DNA of 64,000 nucleotides from an uncultured bacterium (GCA_965552055.1 CBEVQO010000003.1:128001-192000), one strand, 5' to 3'; shown: positions 18,064 to 29,057, counted from the first letter of the stretch. Program-made: numbers and translations. Notes: generated by a model not told the origin, from the letters alone.

Positions 18064-18750
18064 ATGGAAATATCCGTAGCTATTCCTGTTTTCAATGAAG
18101 AAAAGGCGATAAAAAAAGTAATTGAAGAATTAATTTTCTTTTTAAGCGAAAATAATTTGAATTTTGAACTCGTAATAATTGATGACGGCAGCACAGATTC
18201 TACTTTTTCTATTTTGCAAAGGTTTAGAAATAAGGGTTTTAAAATGAAAATAATCCGTCACAGATATAGACAGGGGATAGGGTTGGCGATAAAAGACGCT
18301 CTTTTAAATTCGCAGAATGAGTGGATTTTTCTGTTTCCCGGTGACGGGCAAGCGTCTCCTTTAGATCTTTTGAAAATGTTGAAATTTACTTCTAATTACG
18401 ATATAATAGTGGGAGTTAGAGAAAAAAGAGCAGATCCACGGTATAGATATATTACTTCGGACATCTGGAAATTTTTGATAAGATTTTTCTTTGGCATATC
18501 TTTTAAAGATATTAATTGGATAAAACTCATAAAAAGAGAAGTATTACAAAGTTTAGACATAAAATCCAAAAGTGCTTTTATAGATTCTGAGATTCTTTTA
18601 CGCGCTAAGAAGAAAGGATTTAGGATGATAGAAGTACCTGTATCTCATCGTGAGCGATTTGGAGGTAAGACGAAATGTCTTGCTCCATTAATTGCGTTCG
18701 ACGCACTAAAAGACATGGCAAAATTGCGAAAGGAAATTAGAGAAAAATGA
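18064..18750 (+). CDS. Glycosyltransferase family 2 (DPM1/polyprenol-phosphate sugar synthase-like)
   Basis: SVAIPVFNEE, IDDGSTD, GDGQ, EVPVSHRER. Confidence 0.88.
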   Translation: MEISVAIPVFNEEKAIKKVIEELIFFLSENNLNFELVIIDDGSTDSTFSILQRFRNKGFKMKIIRHRYRQGIGLAIKDALLNSQNEWIFLFPGDGQASPLDLLKMLKFTSNYDIIVGVREKRADPRYRYITSDIWKFLIRFFFGISFKDINWIKLIKREVLQSLDIKSKSAFIDSEILLRAKKKGFRMIEVPVSHRERFGGKTKCLAPLIAFDALKDMAKLRKEIREK

Positions 18751-20720
18751 GAGAAAAGATAATTTTGTTTTTTGTTATTGTATCCTTTATTTTTTACTTT
18801 AAAAAACCTTTCTTTGTGGAAGCGCATACTTATTTAAAAATGGTAAAGAATATTGAAAAAAAGTTTTTAGACCCTTATGCTGGCTACCATGAGTTTCATA
18901 ATTTCCAGATTCCCTTTTTTTACTACTGTAATGTCCCTCCGCTCTTTGCTTATTTTATTTATCCGTTTTATAAATTATTCGGAGAGAAAGAGATAGCATT
19001 TAGAATTCCTCTGTTCATTTTCTTTCTGCTTTCTATTTATTTTCTCCGAAAAACGATGTTACTTTTAAAAATGAGAACAGAATTTTATTTGCTGTTTTTA
19101 ACTTCTCCGCTTATTTTTATGAATTTTACAATAATATCTTCGATGATGGTCTCTTTTACTTTTTTCTTGATAAATTTTTATTTTCTTGAGGTATATATGT
19201 TTAGTAAGAAAATTAAACATCTTTTTATCTCATGTATCTTTGCTATTCTTTCTTTCTTAACACATTATTTGGGACTTTGCTCTTTATTGCCTTTTCTGGT
19301 TTATTTTTACAATAGAAAGAGAGAGATATTACTTTGTTTTTTGTTTTCCGCAATTTTTGCATTGCCTTTTTTTCTTCTAAATCTGAAATATTACGGGAAA
19401 ATTCATATTTTTGCTTTATGGAGATTACATGAGAAATTGGGTAATTTTTTGAATTTTTCTTTCTCCCGCAAGCTTGTAGCATTTGCAATGCTGACAGGCG
19501 GTACTTTATTTTGTCCTTTTTTCTTTATTTTCAATAAATCACTGGTAAGAAAATGGCTGTTACTTCTGCCTTTCGCTTTCCTTTTGATTTTCATATTGGA
19601 TGATACAAAGAAAATGCCTTTGCTCTATAAACTTTTTTCTTTATTGTTTTTAACAAATTTTCTTTTATTTCCTTTTCTTTTAAAATATAGAATTAATAGA
19701 ATTTTCTGTCTGTTTCTTATCTGTGGTGTTTTTACGCTGTTAATGTCTCCTTATGGAAGTATAAGGTATCTTCCTTTTGTTGCGTTTTTGTTTATACTTT
19801 TGTTAAGGCATGAATTATTTGCTTCCAGGTTAGAGTTGTTGGTTATCGCGAATTTTATTTTTTCTCTTTATCTTGCTTTTTCAGAATATTCCTTTGCCTC
19901 TTTTTATCGAGAAATTCCGCAAAAGGTTGATGTAAAGTGGTTTTGTCAGGAGTGTTGCGGTAAGATTTATTTCGAAAAAAAGGGAGCACATTATCTTGAA
20001 TTGAAAGAGAAGTTTGACCACTTTAAGAAACTTGCCGAGAAGTGTGATGTAAAAATAAAATTGAAAAAATCGGATTTGAAGTTCGGTGATAAAATAGCTC
20101 TTCCTCTTATAATGCATCCAACTGATTTAGGGGCGTCAAATTATTTTAAATTAAAAATTGAAAAAGAATACACTTTAAAGAGAAAATTCCTGTTAAAAAC
20201 TATGAATCCTTACAGTTTTACATCGTTATACTTCTCTGAATATGGTATTTTGCCTTATTGCTACGATAATAAAATATTTGAGAAATTTTTTATAATAAAA
20301 GTAGATACTACTACTTTAAGTTTTTTCAAATTCTTTGACAAATATCAGATGGCATGGACAGACCTAAATACCTATCCATTTTGTGTTTCTCCTGTTTGTT
20401 TACCTTCCGATACTTTTTTAGCACTAATTCAGCTTGCAGGTTCCTCATTGAAATTTGATGCAATAGTTTTGGTACATAAAATTAAGTTTAAAACGGGTAT
20501 TTTAAGTGCGAAAAAACTTCCAATTACAATGCGTGTAAAAATAAGGGATAAGCAGAAAGAAACCGTGCTATTTGAGAGAATCCATAAAAATGTTAAAAGG
20601 AATTTATCAGAAGAAGGGGAAATTTTTCTTGAGCCATTCTATGGTGATACCGTTGAGGTGATCTTTGAGGTATCAGGCGGAAGTGGTGCAGTATGGTGGG
20701 CGAAATTTAAAGAGTATTGA
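18747..20720 (+). CDS. Polytopic membrane protein, probable GT-C (ArnT/PMT-like) glycosyltransferase
   Basis: Many TMs; PPLFAY...LFG..EIAFR; RYLP; next to a DPM-like GT2. Confidence 0.6.
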   Translation: MREKIILFFVIVSFIFYFKKPFFVEAHTYLKMVKNIEKKFLDPYAGYHEFHNFQIPFFYYCNVPPLFAYFIYPFYKLFGEKEIAFRIPLFIFFLLSIYFLRKTMLLLKMRTEFYLLFLTSPLIFMNFTIISSMMVSFTFFLINFYFLEVYMFSKKIKHLFISCIFAILSFLTHYLGLCSLLPFLVYFYNRKREILLCFLFSAIFALPFFLLNLKYYGKIHIFALWRLHEKLGNFLNFSFSRKLVAFAMLTGGTLFCPFFFIFNKSLVRKWLLLLPFAFLLIFILDDTKKMPLLYKLFSLLFLTNFLLFPFLLKYRINRIFCLFLICGVFTLLMSPYGSIRYLPFVAFLFILLLRHELFASRLELLVIANFIFSLYLAFSEYSFASFYREIPQKVDVKWFCQECCGKIYFEKKGAHYLELKEKFDHFKKLAEKCDVKIKLKKSDLKFGDKIALPLIMHPTDLGASNYFKLKIEKEYTLKRKFLLKTMNPYSFTSLYFSEYGILPYCYDNKIFEKFFIIKVDTTTLSFFKFFDKYQMAWTDLNTYPFCVSPVCLPSDTFLALIQLAGSSLKFDAIVLVHKIKFKTGILSAKKLPITMRVKIRDKQKETVLFERIHKNVKRNLSEEGEIFLEPFYGDTVEVIFEVSGGSGAVWWAKFKEY

Positions 20721-21924
20721 TTAATGTTTTCATTTTCTCTATAAATGCTTTTTCTGAATAAAATCTTTCAACTTTTTTCCTTCCATTATTTCCCAACTCT
20801 GCTCTTAATTTATCATCCTGCAACAATTTTAAAATGGCATCAGCCAATATCTTTGAATTATCAGGTGGAACAAGTATTCCTTCTTTTGGTGTTACTATCT
20901 GATTTACAGGTTCTACATTACAGGCGATCACAGGTTTTGAGCAGCTCCATGCTTCAAGGTAAACGATACCAAAGGATTCAACAGATGAAGGCAATACCAC
21001 TATGTCGCAAGTATTAAAAATAAGTGGTTTTAATTTATCTTTAAAATCGTAAATTTTAATGATATTTTTTTTCAAATTGAATGGCATTTTTTCTATTTCT
21101 TTTTCTAAAAACTTTGTATGGGGAGTTGTCTTTCCAGCTATTATTAATTTTACAGAAGGCATTTTTTTCCATACTTCTTTCATTGCGGTTAAAAGTGTAA
21201 ATATTCCTTTTTCTTTTTCATGACGGGCAATGAAACCGACCACTTTTTCTTGTTTTATGCCGAATCTCTTCTTTAAATCTTCCTTTGTTGCGAATTTAGA
21301 AAGATTCACAAAATCACCCAATATTGCGATTTTCTCTTTTTTTATCTTCCAGCGAGACACGATGTAATTTTTTTCAAATTCTGAGTTTACCCATATTTTA
21401 TCTGCTTTATTGAAAACAAATTTTATCGATTCTCTATCGAAGCACCACTTATCAAATGGGTGCACACAGGGTATAACTACAAATTTGAATTTCATGAATA
21501 CTCTAGCTATAGCACAATAGTATAATGTTAAGAAGGGCAGTGAAGCACTTATAACTATGTCGGGTTTTTCTTTCAAAATAGAAGGAATGATGGAAGGTAA
21601 AATTGGCCCTGTAAAAATGCATCTGAAAAAATCATTTAAAGGTAGCTTCTTGTGATATAATAGGGAACCAATTTTATACAAAATTTTAGGGAAGAATCTA
21701 ATTACATTAAATCTGATTACTTCAATGTTGTCAATTTTTACTTTTCTTTTCTTAAGTAAAGGGATATTTAAATTTACGAATGCATGTGGAGTCGGAACAT
21801 TTGTGGTGAAAATTTTCACTTTAAAATGTTTTTTTAAATAGTTAGCTATTTTTCTGATTTTATGCTCCGTGCCACCGATTGAAGGATAATAAGCATGTAC
21901 AACAATTAGCACCTTTTTACCCAT
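20707..21924 (-). CDS. Glycosyltransferase family 4
   Basis: YYPSIGG, KG, VLPSSVESFGIVYLEAW. Confidence 0.92.
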   Translation of the reverse strand: MGKKVLIVVHAYYPSIGGTEHKIRKIANYLKKHFKVKIFTTNVPTPHAFVNLNIPLLKKRKVKIDNIEVIRFNVIRFFPKILYKIGSLLYHKKLPLNDFFRCIFTGPILPSIIPSILKEKPDIVISASLPFLTLYYCAIARVFMKFKFVVIPCVHPFDKWCFDRESIKFVFNKADKIWVNSEFEKNYIVSRWKIKKEKIAILGDFVNLSKFATKEDLKKRFGIKQEKVVGFIARHEKEKGIFTLLTAMKEVWKKMPSVKLIIAGKTTPHTKFLEKEIEKMPFNLKKNIIKIYDFKDKLKPLIFNTCDIVVLPSSVESFGIVYLEAWSCSKPVIACNVEPVNQIVTPKEGILVPPDNSKILADAILKLLQDDKLRAELGNNGRKKVERFYSEKAFIEKMKTLINTL

Positions 21925-23093
21925 TGGTAAATTTTCATTAATTCTTTGATAAAAGTATTAATATTCAGGGGTTTTTTTATTTTCATTTCTACTTTTAGCT
22001 TTTTGTTTTTTATAAACATCTCCATTTTTCGTGATAAATCGCAAGCGTTACGATATTTAAAAAGAAAACCTTCGGCATTATCTTTGATAAATTCCGGGAT
22101 GGCGCCTATCTGCGAAGCAATGACAGGAACTTTTGCATACTTTGCTTCTAGTAAAGTAAGAGGACAATTTTCAAACCATATTGATGGAAAAATTAATACA
22201 TCTATTTGTGAAAAAACTTCTCCAATTTTCTCGCGAGTAAATATACCGCGATATTCTATATTAGGAGAAATCGATTGTAAATTTTCTCCATAAGCAATGG
22301 CTTTGAAATCATAGCCCTTTTTCTTTAAAATTTCCACAGCTTTTTCAAAAAGGAAGAAACCCTTGTGAGGAGAAATGGTACCAATAAATCCAAAAGTAAT
22401 TTTCTCTTTTTTTCTCTTTTCGGGAATTTGAAAATATTTAATTCCATGGGGTAAATGATAAAAATTGCCACTTATCTCATACTCTTTATATTTTTTTATT
22501 AAAAATTTTGAAGGTGATATTAAAATTTTTGCCTTCGCTAATATCTTCTTCAGTATGTATCTTCGATATGCAAAATAGAAGAGAAAAAGGATGTAAAAAA
22601 GTAAAATTAAGAATTTTCCGTAAATATCAAAGTAACAAATAGGGCACCAGAAGATATTTTTATTGCAAGGGGTGCGGTTTTTGAAAAGTAAAGTTATTCT
22701 GGGACAAATAAACCAATAGTCATGTAATGTTATAATATAGTTTTTGAGTTTTAGAGGGAAGTTTAAAGGGAAGTTTATCAAATGATGAATATGAATGATA
22801 TCGGGATTTATTTTTGAAATCTTTTTCAAACTTAAAGAAATAAATTTTCTGCTTTCGTAACTTATTCCGAGGGCAAAGGCGAATTTTTTTATGAGAAAAA
22901 TGACTTTATCAATGTTTTTTTTAATTCTTGAAAAAAAAGTATTTTTGTAATGTTTTGGATGGAAAACTTCTGGGGACTTTATAATATAAACTTTGTGTTC
23001 ATTTTCGAGAATTTCTTTTATTTGTTGCAAATGAACCTGAACTCCTCCTTTTGTTTCGTTGTAGTCTTTGTCAATCAAGAAGAGTATTTTCAC
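21906..23093 (-). CDS. Glycosyltransferase family 4
   Basis: TLHDYWFICP, HKG, PSIWFENCPLTLLEA. Confidence 0.9.
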   Translation of the reverse strand: MKILFLIDKDYNETKGGVQVHLQQIKEILENEHKVYIIKSPEVFHPKHYKNTFFSRIKKNIDKVIFLIKKFAFALGISYESRKFISLSLKKISKINPDIIHIHHLINFPLNFPLKLKNYIITLHDYWFICPRITLLFKNRTPCNKNIFWCPICYFDIYGKFLILLFYILFLFYFAYRRYILKKILAKAKILISPSKFLIKKYKEYEISGNFYHLPHGIKYFQIPEKRKKEKITFGFIGTISPHKGFFLFEKAVEILKKKGYDFKAIAYGENLQSISPNIEYRGIFTREKIGEVFSQIDVLIFPSIWFENCPLTLLEAKYAKVPVIASQIGAIPEFIKDNAEGFLFKYRNACDLSRKMEMFIKNKKLKVEMKIKKPLNINTFIKELMKIYQWVKRC

Positions 23094-23098
23094 ATCAA

Positions 23099-23125
23099 AT
23101 TATAAACCTTAATCTGGTCTGTCAA
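23099..23125 (-). promoter_or_regulatory. sigma70-type promoter, 15-bp spacer, leaderless
   Basis: TTGACA-N15-TATAAT-N5-GTG(23093). Confidence 0.75.
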
Positions 23126-23402
23126 TATAAATTTTTGCTTTCTAAATTAAGACAGTTTAACAAAAAATGGGGGTCAACTTTTCGGGGGTTTTTGTCATAA
23201 AAATCGAGAATTTTATCGAAATTTTTTTCAAAAGTTCTGTGAGGATTTTAGAGGAGTTTTTCTAAATTGGCTTAAATTCTAAATTTATGATGGACATCTA
23301 TTTTAAATTTTTTGGGAATTTTATGGTTGACAAATTTCATAATTCTTATAATAGAATATGATATGTTATTTAATTTAAGAAATAGTGAGGAAAGGGGGTG
23401 AG

Positions 23403-24542
23403 ATGAGGAAGAGGTTTTTAATGACGCCTGGGCCAACGCCTGTGCCTCCTGAGGCAGCGGTAGAGGAGGCGAAACCGATAATACATCACAGGACTAAGGA
23501 ATTTAGAGATATTTTCAGTACGGTAATGGAAGATATTAAGATACCTTTCAAGACGAAGAATGAGGTTTATATATTTGCTTCTTCTGGTACTGGGGCTATG
23601 GAAGGTGCAGTTGCCAATACTTTATCCCGTGGTGACAAAGCGATTTGCATAATGGCTGGCAAGTTTGGTGAGAGATGGGGTGAAATTTGCAGGGCATTTG
23701 GTGTGGAGGTTGTGCCCATTCAGCTTGAATGGGGGGAGACCTGTGAGCCCGATTTGCTTTCGGATACTTTGAAGAAGAATCCAGATGTTAAAGCGGTATT
23801 TACTACTCTTTGTGAGACAAGTACCGGGACTCTGTTTAAGATAAAGGAATTTGGAGAAATTGTTAAAGAAAAAGAGGATACTATTCTGGTTGTAGATGCT
23901 ATAAGTGGCTTATGTGCGGATAACATAGAGGTGGATGCATGGCATGTTGACATCTGTGTTGCTGCTTCTCAAAAAGGTATAATGCTACCGCCTGGGCTTG
24001 CGTTTTTCTCGATAAGTGAGAAGGCATGGAGATTGGTGGAGAAGAGTGATTTACCGAAATATTATTTTGATTTTAAGGCTTATAAGAAAGCATTTGAAAA
24101 ACAGGGAGATACTCCTTATACACCTGCGGTTTCTCTAATAAGGGCTTTAAGGAAATCGCTTGATATTATAAAGGAAGAGGGTATTGATAATGTTTTGCGT
24201 CGTCATGCGTTGATGGCAGAGGCTACAAGGCGAGCGATTAAAGCGCTTGGTTTTGAGTTATTAAGTAAATATCCTGCTAATACCTGTACTGCGATAAAGT
24301 ATAAAGATGGTATGACGGATGATTTTAGGAAGCATCTGTTAAATAAGTATGGTGTGCAAGTAGCCGGTGGTCAGTCACATTTAAAAGGCAAAATTTTCAG
24401 GATAGCCCATCTGGGGTATATGGAAAAGCCCGATGTTATTTACACGATTGCAGCAATTGAGATGGCGTTGCATGACCTTGGTATGCCGGTAGAGTTTGGT
24501 AAGGGAGTGGTGGAAGCAGAGAAAATTTTAAAAGATTTGTAG
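23403..24542 (+). CDS. Class V PLP aminotransferase (serine-pyruvate/alanine-glyoxylate type)
   Basis: LMTPGPT, SSGTGAME, CETSTG, VDAIS, ASQK; SD GGGGGTGA before ATG 23403. Confidence 0.92.
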   Translation: MRKRFLMTPGPTPVPPEAAVEEAKPIIHHRTKEFRDIFSTVMEDIKIPFKTKNEVYIFASSGTGAMEGAVANTLSRGDKAICIMAGKFGERWGEICRAFGVEVVPIQLEWGETCEPDLLSDTLKKNPDVKAVFTTLCETSTGTLFKIKEFGEIVKEKEDTILVVDAISGLCADNIEVDAWHVDICVAASQKGIMLPPGLAFFSISEKAWRLVEKSDLPKYYFDFKAYKKAFEKQGDTPYTPAVSLIRALRKSLDIIKEEGIDNVLRRHALMAEATRRAIKALGFELLSKYPANTCTAIKYKDGMTDDFRKHLLNKYGVQVAGGQSHLKGKIFRIAHLGYMEKPDVIYTIAAIEMALHDLGMPVEFGKGVVEAEKILKDL

Positions 24543-24551
24543 GAGGATATC

Positions 24552-25454
24552 ATGAAAGTAAGAAAAGTATTAATTTGTGACCCGATTTCTGAAAGTGCGC
24601 TAAATAAATTGAGGGAGAAAGGCATTGAAGTGATAGATGCATCTAATGAACCTAAGGATAAGTTAAAAGAATTGGTTAAGGGTGTTGATGTTATGGTGGT
24701 GCGTAGTGCGACGAAGGTACGCAAAGAATTGATAGATGAAATGGATCAGATGAAATTGATAATAAGGGGAGGCGTGGGTCTCGATAACATTGATGTTGAA
24801 TATGCTGAAAGCAAGGGTATTAAAGTTTTAAATACTCCGCGTGCGAGTACAATTTCTGTAGCGGAGCTTACTTTTGCCCATATTTTAGCACTTGCGAGAG
24901 ATGTAACGAGGTCAACGATCGCGATAAAAGAAGGCAAATGGGAGAAGAAAAAGTTAAAAGGAATGGAGCTGTATGGTAAAACTCTTGGCTTGATAGGAAT
25001 AGGTAGAATAGGTCAAGAAGTAGCGAAGCGTGCAATTGCATTCGGTATGTATGTTATTGCGTATCGTCGTTCAAGAAAACCTGTTAGAGGGGTAGAACTT
25101 GTTGATCTTGATACTTTGCTCAGAAATTCTGATATCATTTCTATTCATTGTCCTTTAACTGATGAGACACGGCATCTACTTGGTGAAGAAGAGTTTAAGA
25201 AGATGAAGGATGGCGTTATAATTGTTAACTGTGCTCGTGGTGGCATTATCGATGAGAAAGCACTTATAAAGTATGTGAAGAGTGGGAAAGTTAGAGGAGT
25301 TGGGCTCGATGTCTTTGAAGAAGAACCTCCAACGAATAAAGAATTATTATCTCTTCCGAATGTTTCCTTTACTCCGCATATTGGTGCACAAACCAAAGAG
25401 GCTCAGGAGAGAGTGGGTGAGGAGGTTGTTGAAACAATTTTAGGATTCTTTTAA
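24552..25454 (+). CDS. serA: D-3-phosphoglycerate dehydrogenase-like 2-hydroxyacid dehydrogenase (no ACT domain)
   Basis: GVGLDNID, GIGRIG, NCARGG, TPHIGAQT; context aminotransferase-serA-DUF1015. Confidence 0.82.
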   Translation: MKVRKVLICDPISESALNKLREKGIEVIDASNEPKDKLKELVKGVDVMVVRSATKVRKELIDEMDQMKLIIRGGVGLDNIDVEYAESKGIKVLNTPRASTISVAELTFAHILALARDVTRSTIAIKEGKWEKKKLKGMELYGKTLGLIGIGRIGQEVAKRAIAFGMYVIAYRRSRKPVRGVELVDLDTLLRNSDIISIHCPLTDETRHLLGEEEFKKMKDGVIIVNCARGGIIDEKALIKYVKSGKVRGVGLDVFEEEPPTNKELLSLPNVSFTPHIGAQTKEAQERVGEEVVETILGFF

Positions 25455-25455
25455 A

Positions 25456-26697
25456 ATGGCAGAAGTAAGAGCATTTTGTGGGATAAGATATAATCCAGAA
25501 AAGGTTGAGATAAGTAAAGTAGTTGCGCAGCCTTATGATAAGATAACCCCGGAAATGCAGGATGATTATTACAAAAAGAGTGAATACAATATTGTTAGAT
25601 TGACTTTACCGAAAGAGGAAAACCGATATGAGATTGCGAGAAAAAGATTTGAAGAATGGTTGAGAGAAGGCATTTTGATTCAGGATAGGGAACCTGCTTT
25701 TTATGTATATCATCAGGAATTCACGATACCGGGTACTGACAAAAGGGTTGTCAGGAAAGGATTTATCGGACTTTTGCGTCTTTATGATTTCGAGGAGAAA
25801 GTTGTTTTTCCTCATGAGAAGATACTGGCAAAACCGAAAGAAGATAGGCTACGGATGTTGCGGACTACTGGTGTGAATTTTGAAAGTGTATTTTTACTTT
25901 ATCCTGATGAGAAAAATGAAATTCAAAGTATTTTTGAAGAATTTATTAACGGTAAACCGCCGGAGATAGAAGTAGAAGAGAGTTATGAACCCGGTGTAAT
26001 TCACAGGCTTTGGACATGTTTTGATAAAGGGATTTTGGAAAAAGTACAGAAATTGATGGAGGATAAAACTTTGTTAATTGCTGATGGTCATCATAGATAT
26101 ACATCATCGCTTTTGTATAGCAAAGAGGAGCCTGCAGCGAGATACAGGATGGTGACATTTTGTAGTATGAATGACCCTGGGCTTAAAATTTTACCAACGC
26201 ACAGAGCAATTTATGGAGTTGATACAGAAAATTTACCACAAAGATTGGAAAAATATTTTAATGTTGAAAAGTTACGGGGAAAAGGTGAGCTACTTAAAAG
26301 GATGGAAGCAGAAGGCAATGCGATAGGGATGTATTGGAAGGGTGAATATTACTTGCTTACTCTTAAAGATGAAAGAATAATGGATGAAGTTATGGGAGAT
26401 GTTCCAGGAGCTTTGAAAATGCTTGATGTTAACATTTTGCATGAGCTTGCGATAGAAAGGGTTCTCGGGATAAGTAAAAAGAAGGTTGAAATGAAGGAAA
26501 ATATCGATTATTTAAGATATCTTGATGAAGGTATAAAAGGTGTTGATACAGGTAAATATGGAGTTTTATTTATTTTGAATCCTCCTGATGTTATGAAGAT
26601 AAAAGAAGTAGTTGAATCCGGTGAAGTTATGCCTCAGAAATCAACGGATTTTTATCCAAAGTTAGTTTCGGGTTTAATTATGTATAGGTTTAAATAA
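25456..26697 (+). CDS. DUF1015 family protein
   Basis: PYD, PHE, IADGHHR, MPQKSTDFYPK. Confidence 0.9.
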   Translation: MAEVRAFCGIRYNPEKVEISKVVAQPYDKITPEMQDDYYKKSEYNIVRLTLPKEENRYEIARKRFEEWLREGILIQDREPAFYVYHQEFTIPGTDKRVVRKGFIGLLRLYDFEEKVVFPHEKILAKPKEDRLRMLRTTGVNFESVFLLYPDEKNEIQSIFEEFINGKPPEIEVEESYEPGVIHRLWTCFDKGILEKVQKLMEDKTLLIADGHHRYTSSLLYSKEEPAARYRMVTFCSMNDPGLKILPTHRAIYGVDTENLPQRLEKYFNVEKLRGKGELLKRMEAEGNAIGMYWKGEYYLLTLKDERIMDEVMGDVPGALKMLDVNILHELAIERVLGISKKKVEMKENIDYLRYLDEGIKGVDTGKYGVLFILNPPDVMKIKEVVESGEVMPQKSTDFYPKLVSGLIMYRFK

Positions 26698-26715
26698 TTA
26701 AAAAAGGGGGGTGTT

Positions 26716-27006
26716 ATGAAGAAGGCGGACTTAGTAGCCCTTGTTGCAAAGAAGGCGGGTGTGACGAAAAAAGTCGCCCAGAGTGCTGTTGATGCTGTGA
26801 TAAAGGGTATATCTGATGCACTCACAAAGGGTCAGAAGGTGACACTGGTTGGCTTTGGCACATTCGAGGTTCGCAAGAAGGCTGCTCGTAAGGCTCGCAA
26901 TCCTCGTAACAGGGATCAGATAATAGAGGTTCCTGAGAAGATGGTACCTAAATTCAGACCGAGTTCGAAGTTGAAGGAAGCAGTAGCGAAGCTCAAGGTG
27001 AGGTAA
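26716..27006 (+). CDS. hup: DNA-binding protein HU
   Basis: VTLVGFGTF, ARNPR, PKFRP. Confidence 0.95.
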   Translation: MKKADLVALVAKKAGVTKKVAQSAVDAVIKGISDALTKGQKVTLVGFGTFEVRKKAARKARNPRNRDQIIEVPEKMVPKFRPSSKLKEAVAKLKVR

Positions 27007-27016
27007 GGGTGAAGTC

Positions 27017-27033
27017 GGGGGGCTCCGCCCCCC
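27017..27033 (+). terminator. GC hairpin after hup, possible terminator or processing site
   Basis: GGGGGG-CTCCG-CCCCCC followed by an A-rich rather than U-rich tract. Confidence 0.4.
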
Positions 27034-27053
27034 AATAAAAAATCCCCGGATAA

Positions 27054-28085
27054 ATGCAAATTTTAAAATTTAAGCATATTGAATTTAAAGAGAATTTTTT
27101 GCAAATCCTTGACCAATCTTTACTTCCCAATCATATAGTTTATCGTAAATTAAAACACATTAAAGATTTTTATAAAGCGATAAAAGAGATGTGGGTGAGG
27201 GGTGCGCCACTTATTGGCGTTGTTGCAGCTTATGGAGTGGCTATAGAGGCTATAAATTCAAAGGATAAAAATGTTGAAAAGTTAAAGAGAAAGATAAAAA
27301 AGGGAATTGAACTTTTGAGAAAAAGCCGTCCCACAGCTTATAATCTTTTCTGGGCTTTAAATCAGATGGAAAAAATTTGTGATAGTGTGCATAGCACCGA
27401 AGAATTGAAGGAAAAGTTAATAGAAGAAGCTAAAAGGATACATAAAGAAGACCAGGAGTTATGTTATAAAATAGGGCAACATGGTGAGAAGTTGATAAGG
27501 GATGGTATGCGGATTTTGACGCATTGTAATGCAGGAGCTCTTGCCACAGCTGGCATAGGTACAGCCCTTGCCCCAATTTATCTTGCCCATCTTTCAGGTA
27601 AAAAAATAAAGGTTTATGCATCAGAAACGCGACCTGCATTACAAGGTGCTCGCCTTACTGCATGGGAACTTGTGCAAAACGGCATTGATACAGTGCTTAT
27701 TTGTGATAATGTAAGAGCCACTCTATTTTCTCGTGGTGAAATAGACCTTTGTATTGTTGGTGCAGATAGGATTGCGCGTAACGGGGATGTTGCGAATAAA
27801 ATTGGCACACTTGATGTTGCGCTTTTATGTCAAAAATTTAATGTGCCTTTTTATGTGGCAGCACCTTACTCTACTTTTGACCCAAATATTTCTTCAGGTA
27901 AAGAAATTCCAATTGAAGAGAGGGACGAAAAAGAAGTAAAAGAAATAATGGGCGTAAAAATAGCACCCCGTGAAGTGAAAGTTTATAACCCTGTTTTCGA
28001 TGTCACACCTGCGGAACTCGTCACAGGATATATCACAGAAAAAGGTATTCTCAAAAAAGAAGATATTCCCAATTTAAAGCAATAA
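27054..28085 (+). CDS. mtnA: S-methyl-5-thioribose-1-phosphate isomerase
   Basis: LDQSLLP, VRGAPLIG, RPTA.NL, THCNAGALAT, ETRP.LQGARLT, ANKIGT. Confidence 0.95.
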   Translation: MQILKFKHIEFKENFLQILDQSLLPNHIVYRKLKHIKDFYKAIKEMWVRGAPLIGVVAAYGVAIEAINSKDKNVEKLKRKIKKGIELLRKSRPTAYNLFWALNQMEKICDSVHSTEELKEKLIEEAKRIHKEDQELCYKIGQHGEKLIRDGMRILTHCNAGALATAGIGTALAPIYLAHLSGKKIKVYASETRPALQGARLTAWELVQNGIDTVLICDNVRATLFSRGEIDLCIVGADRIARNGDVANKIGTLDVALLCQKFNVPFYVAAPYSTFDPNISSGKEIPIEERDEKEVKEIMGVKIAPREVKVYNPVFDVTPAELVTGYITEKGILKKEDIPNLKQ

Positions 28086-29015
28086 ATTCTTAAAGCCTTC
28101 AGTCATATACATTTTCAGGTCTTTTGTTATTATAAGGATTTCTAAATTCTTTTCTTTTGCAAATTTTAAAGCTTTTTCGGGCTTCATCAAAAAGAGTGCT
28201 GTCGCAAATGCATCGGTATCGATTGCATTATCTGCAATCACTGTAACACTTATTATTCCTTCTGCTGGATATCCTGTTTCTGGATTTAAGATATGATGAT
28301 ACCTTTTGCCGTTTATCTCAAAATATTTTTCGTAGTCACCTGATGTTGCTATTGCTTTTTCTTTTAATTTTACTTTGCAAATTATACCTTCTTTCCTTGG
28401 GTGTTTTACTCCTATTATGAAATTTTTGTTTCCAAAAACTTTAATATCTCCTCCGAAGTTTACGAGACCTTTTTTAAATCCTTCTTTTTTTAATAGCTCT
28501 ACTGCAAGGTCTACTGCAAAGCCCTTTGCGATACCCGATAGATCAAGTTCGAAACCCCGTGGTAAAATTATACTATCACCTTTTATCATTATTTTTTTGT
28601 AATCCACAAAATTTAAAAATTTTTTTATCTCCTCTGGATTGGGGAGAACAGGTTTTTCAAAATCTTTCCATATTTCCATGAGGGGTCTTATTGTTATGTC
28701 AAATTTACCATGCGTTTCTTTTGCTATTTTCAGTGCTTTTTTAACTACAAAAAGTGTATAAGGATGTGCTTTTATTCTTCCTTTTTGATTTAACTTTTTT
28801 ATATCGCCATTTTTTTCAAAACTCATAAGTGTATCTATTCTTGCTATTTCTTTGAAAATTTTTTCCAGTTTTTTCTGCGGATTTATTCTTGAATAAACTT
28901 TTATTTCACAAATTGTGTCCATCAGGATTCTTGTTTGAGAAAATTCTTTAAGTCGTAGTTGGTAAATTATCAGGAGAGTTAAGAATAATAGGAATGTTGG
29001 GATGACTTTTTTCAT
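28074..29015 (-). CDS. apbE: FAD:protein FMN transferase
   Basis: DLSGIAKGFAVD, ATSGDYE, YHHILNP, DAFATA. Confidence 0.93.
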   Translation of the reverse strand: MKKVIPTFLLFLTLLIIYQLRLKEFSQTRILMDTICEIKVYSRINPQKKLEKIFKEIARIDTLMSFEKNGDIKKLNQKGRIKAHPYTLFVVKKALKIAKETHGKFDITIRPLMEIWKDFEKPVLPNPEEIKKFLNFVDYKKIMIKGDSIILPRGFELDLSGIAKGFAVDLAVELLKKEGFKKGLVNFGGDIKVFGNKNFIIGVKHPRKEGIICKVKLKEKAIATSGDYEKYFEINGKRYHHILNPETGYPAEGIISVTVIADNAIDTDAFATALFLMKPEKALKFAKEKNLEILIITKDLKMYMTEGFKNLLL

Positions 29016-29020
29016 AAAAA

Positions 29021-29047
29021 ATTTTAAAGAAAATGTGGATATGTCAA
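29021..29047 (-). promoter_or_regulatory. sigma70-type promoter, 15-bp spacer, leaderless
   Basis: TTGACA-N15-TAAAAT-N5-ATG(29015). Confidence 0.7.
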
Positions 29048-29057
29048 TTTTTTCTTT

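Noticed and set aside
23126..23326. CRISPR leader, riboswitch or oriC in the long intergenic region
   Set aside because: No repeats, convincing structure or DnaA-box cluster; explained by two divergent promoters.
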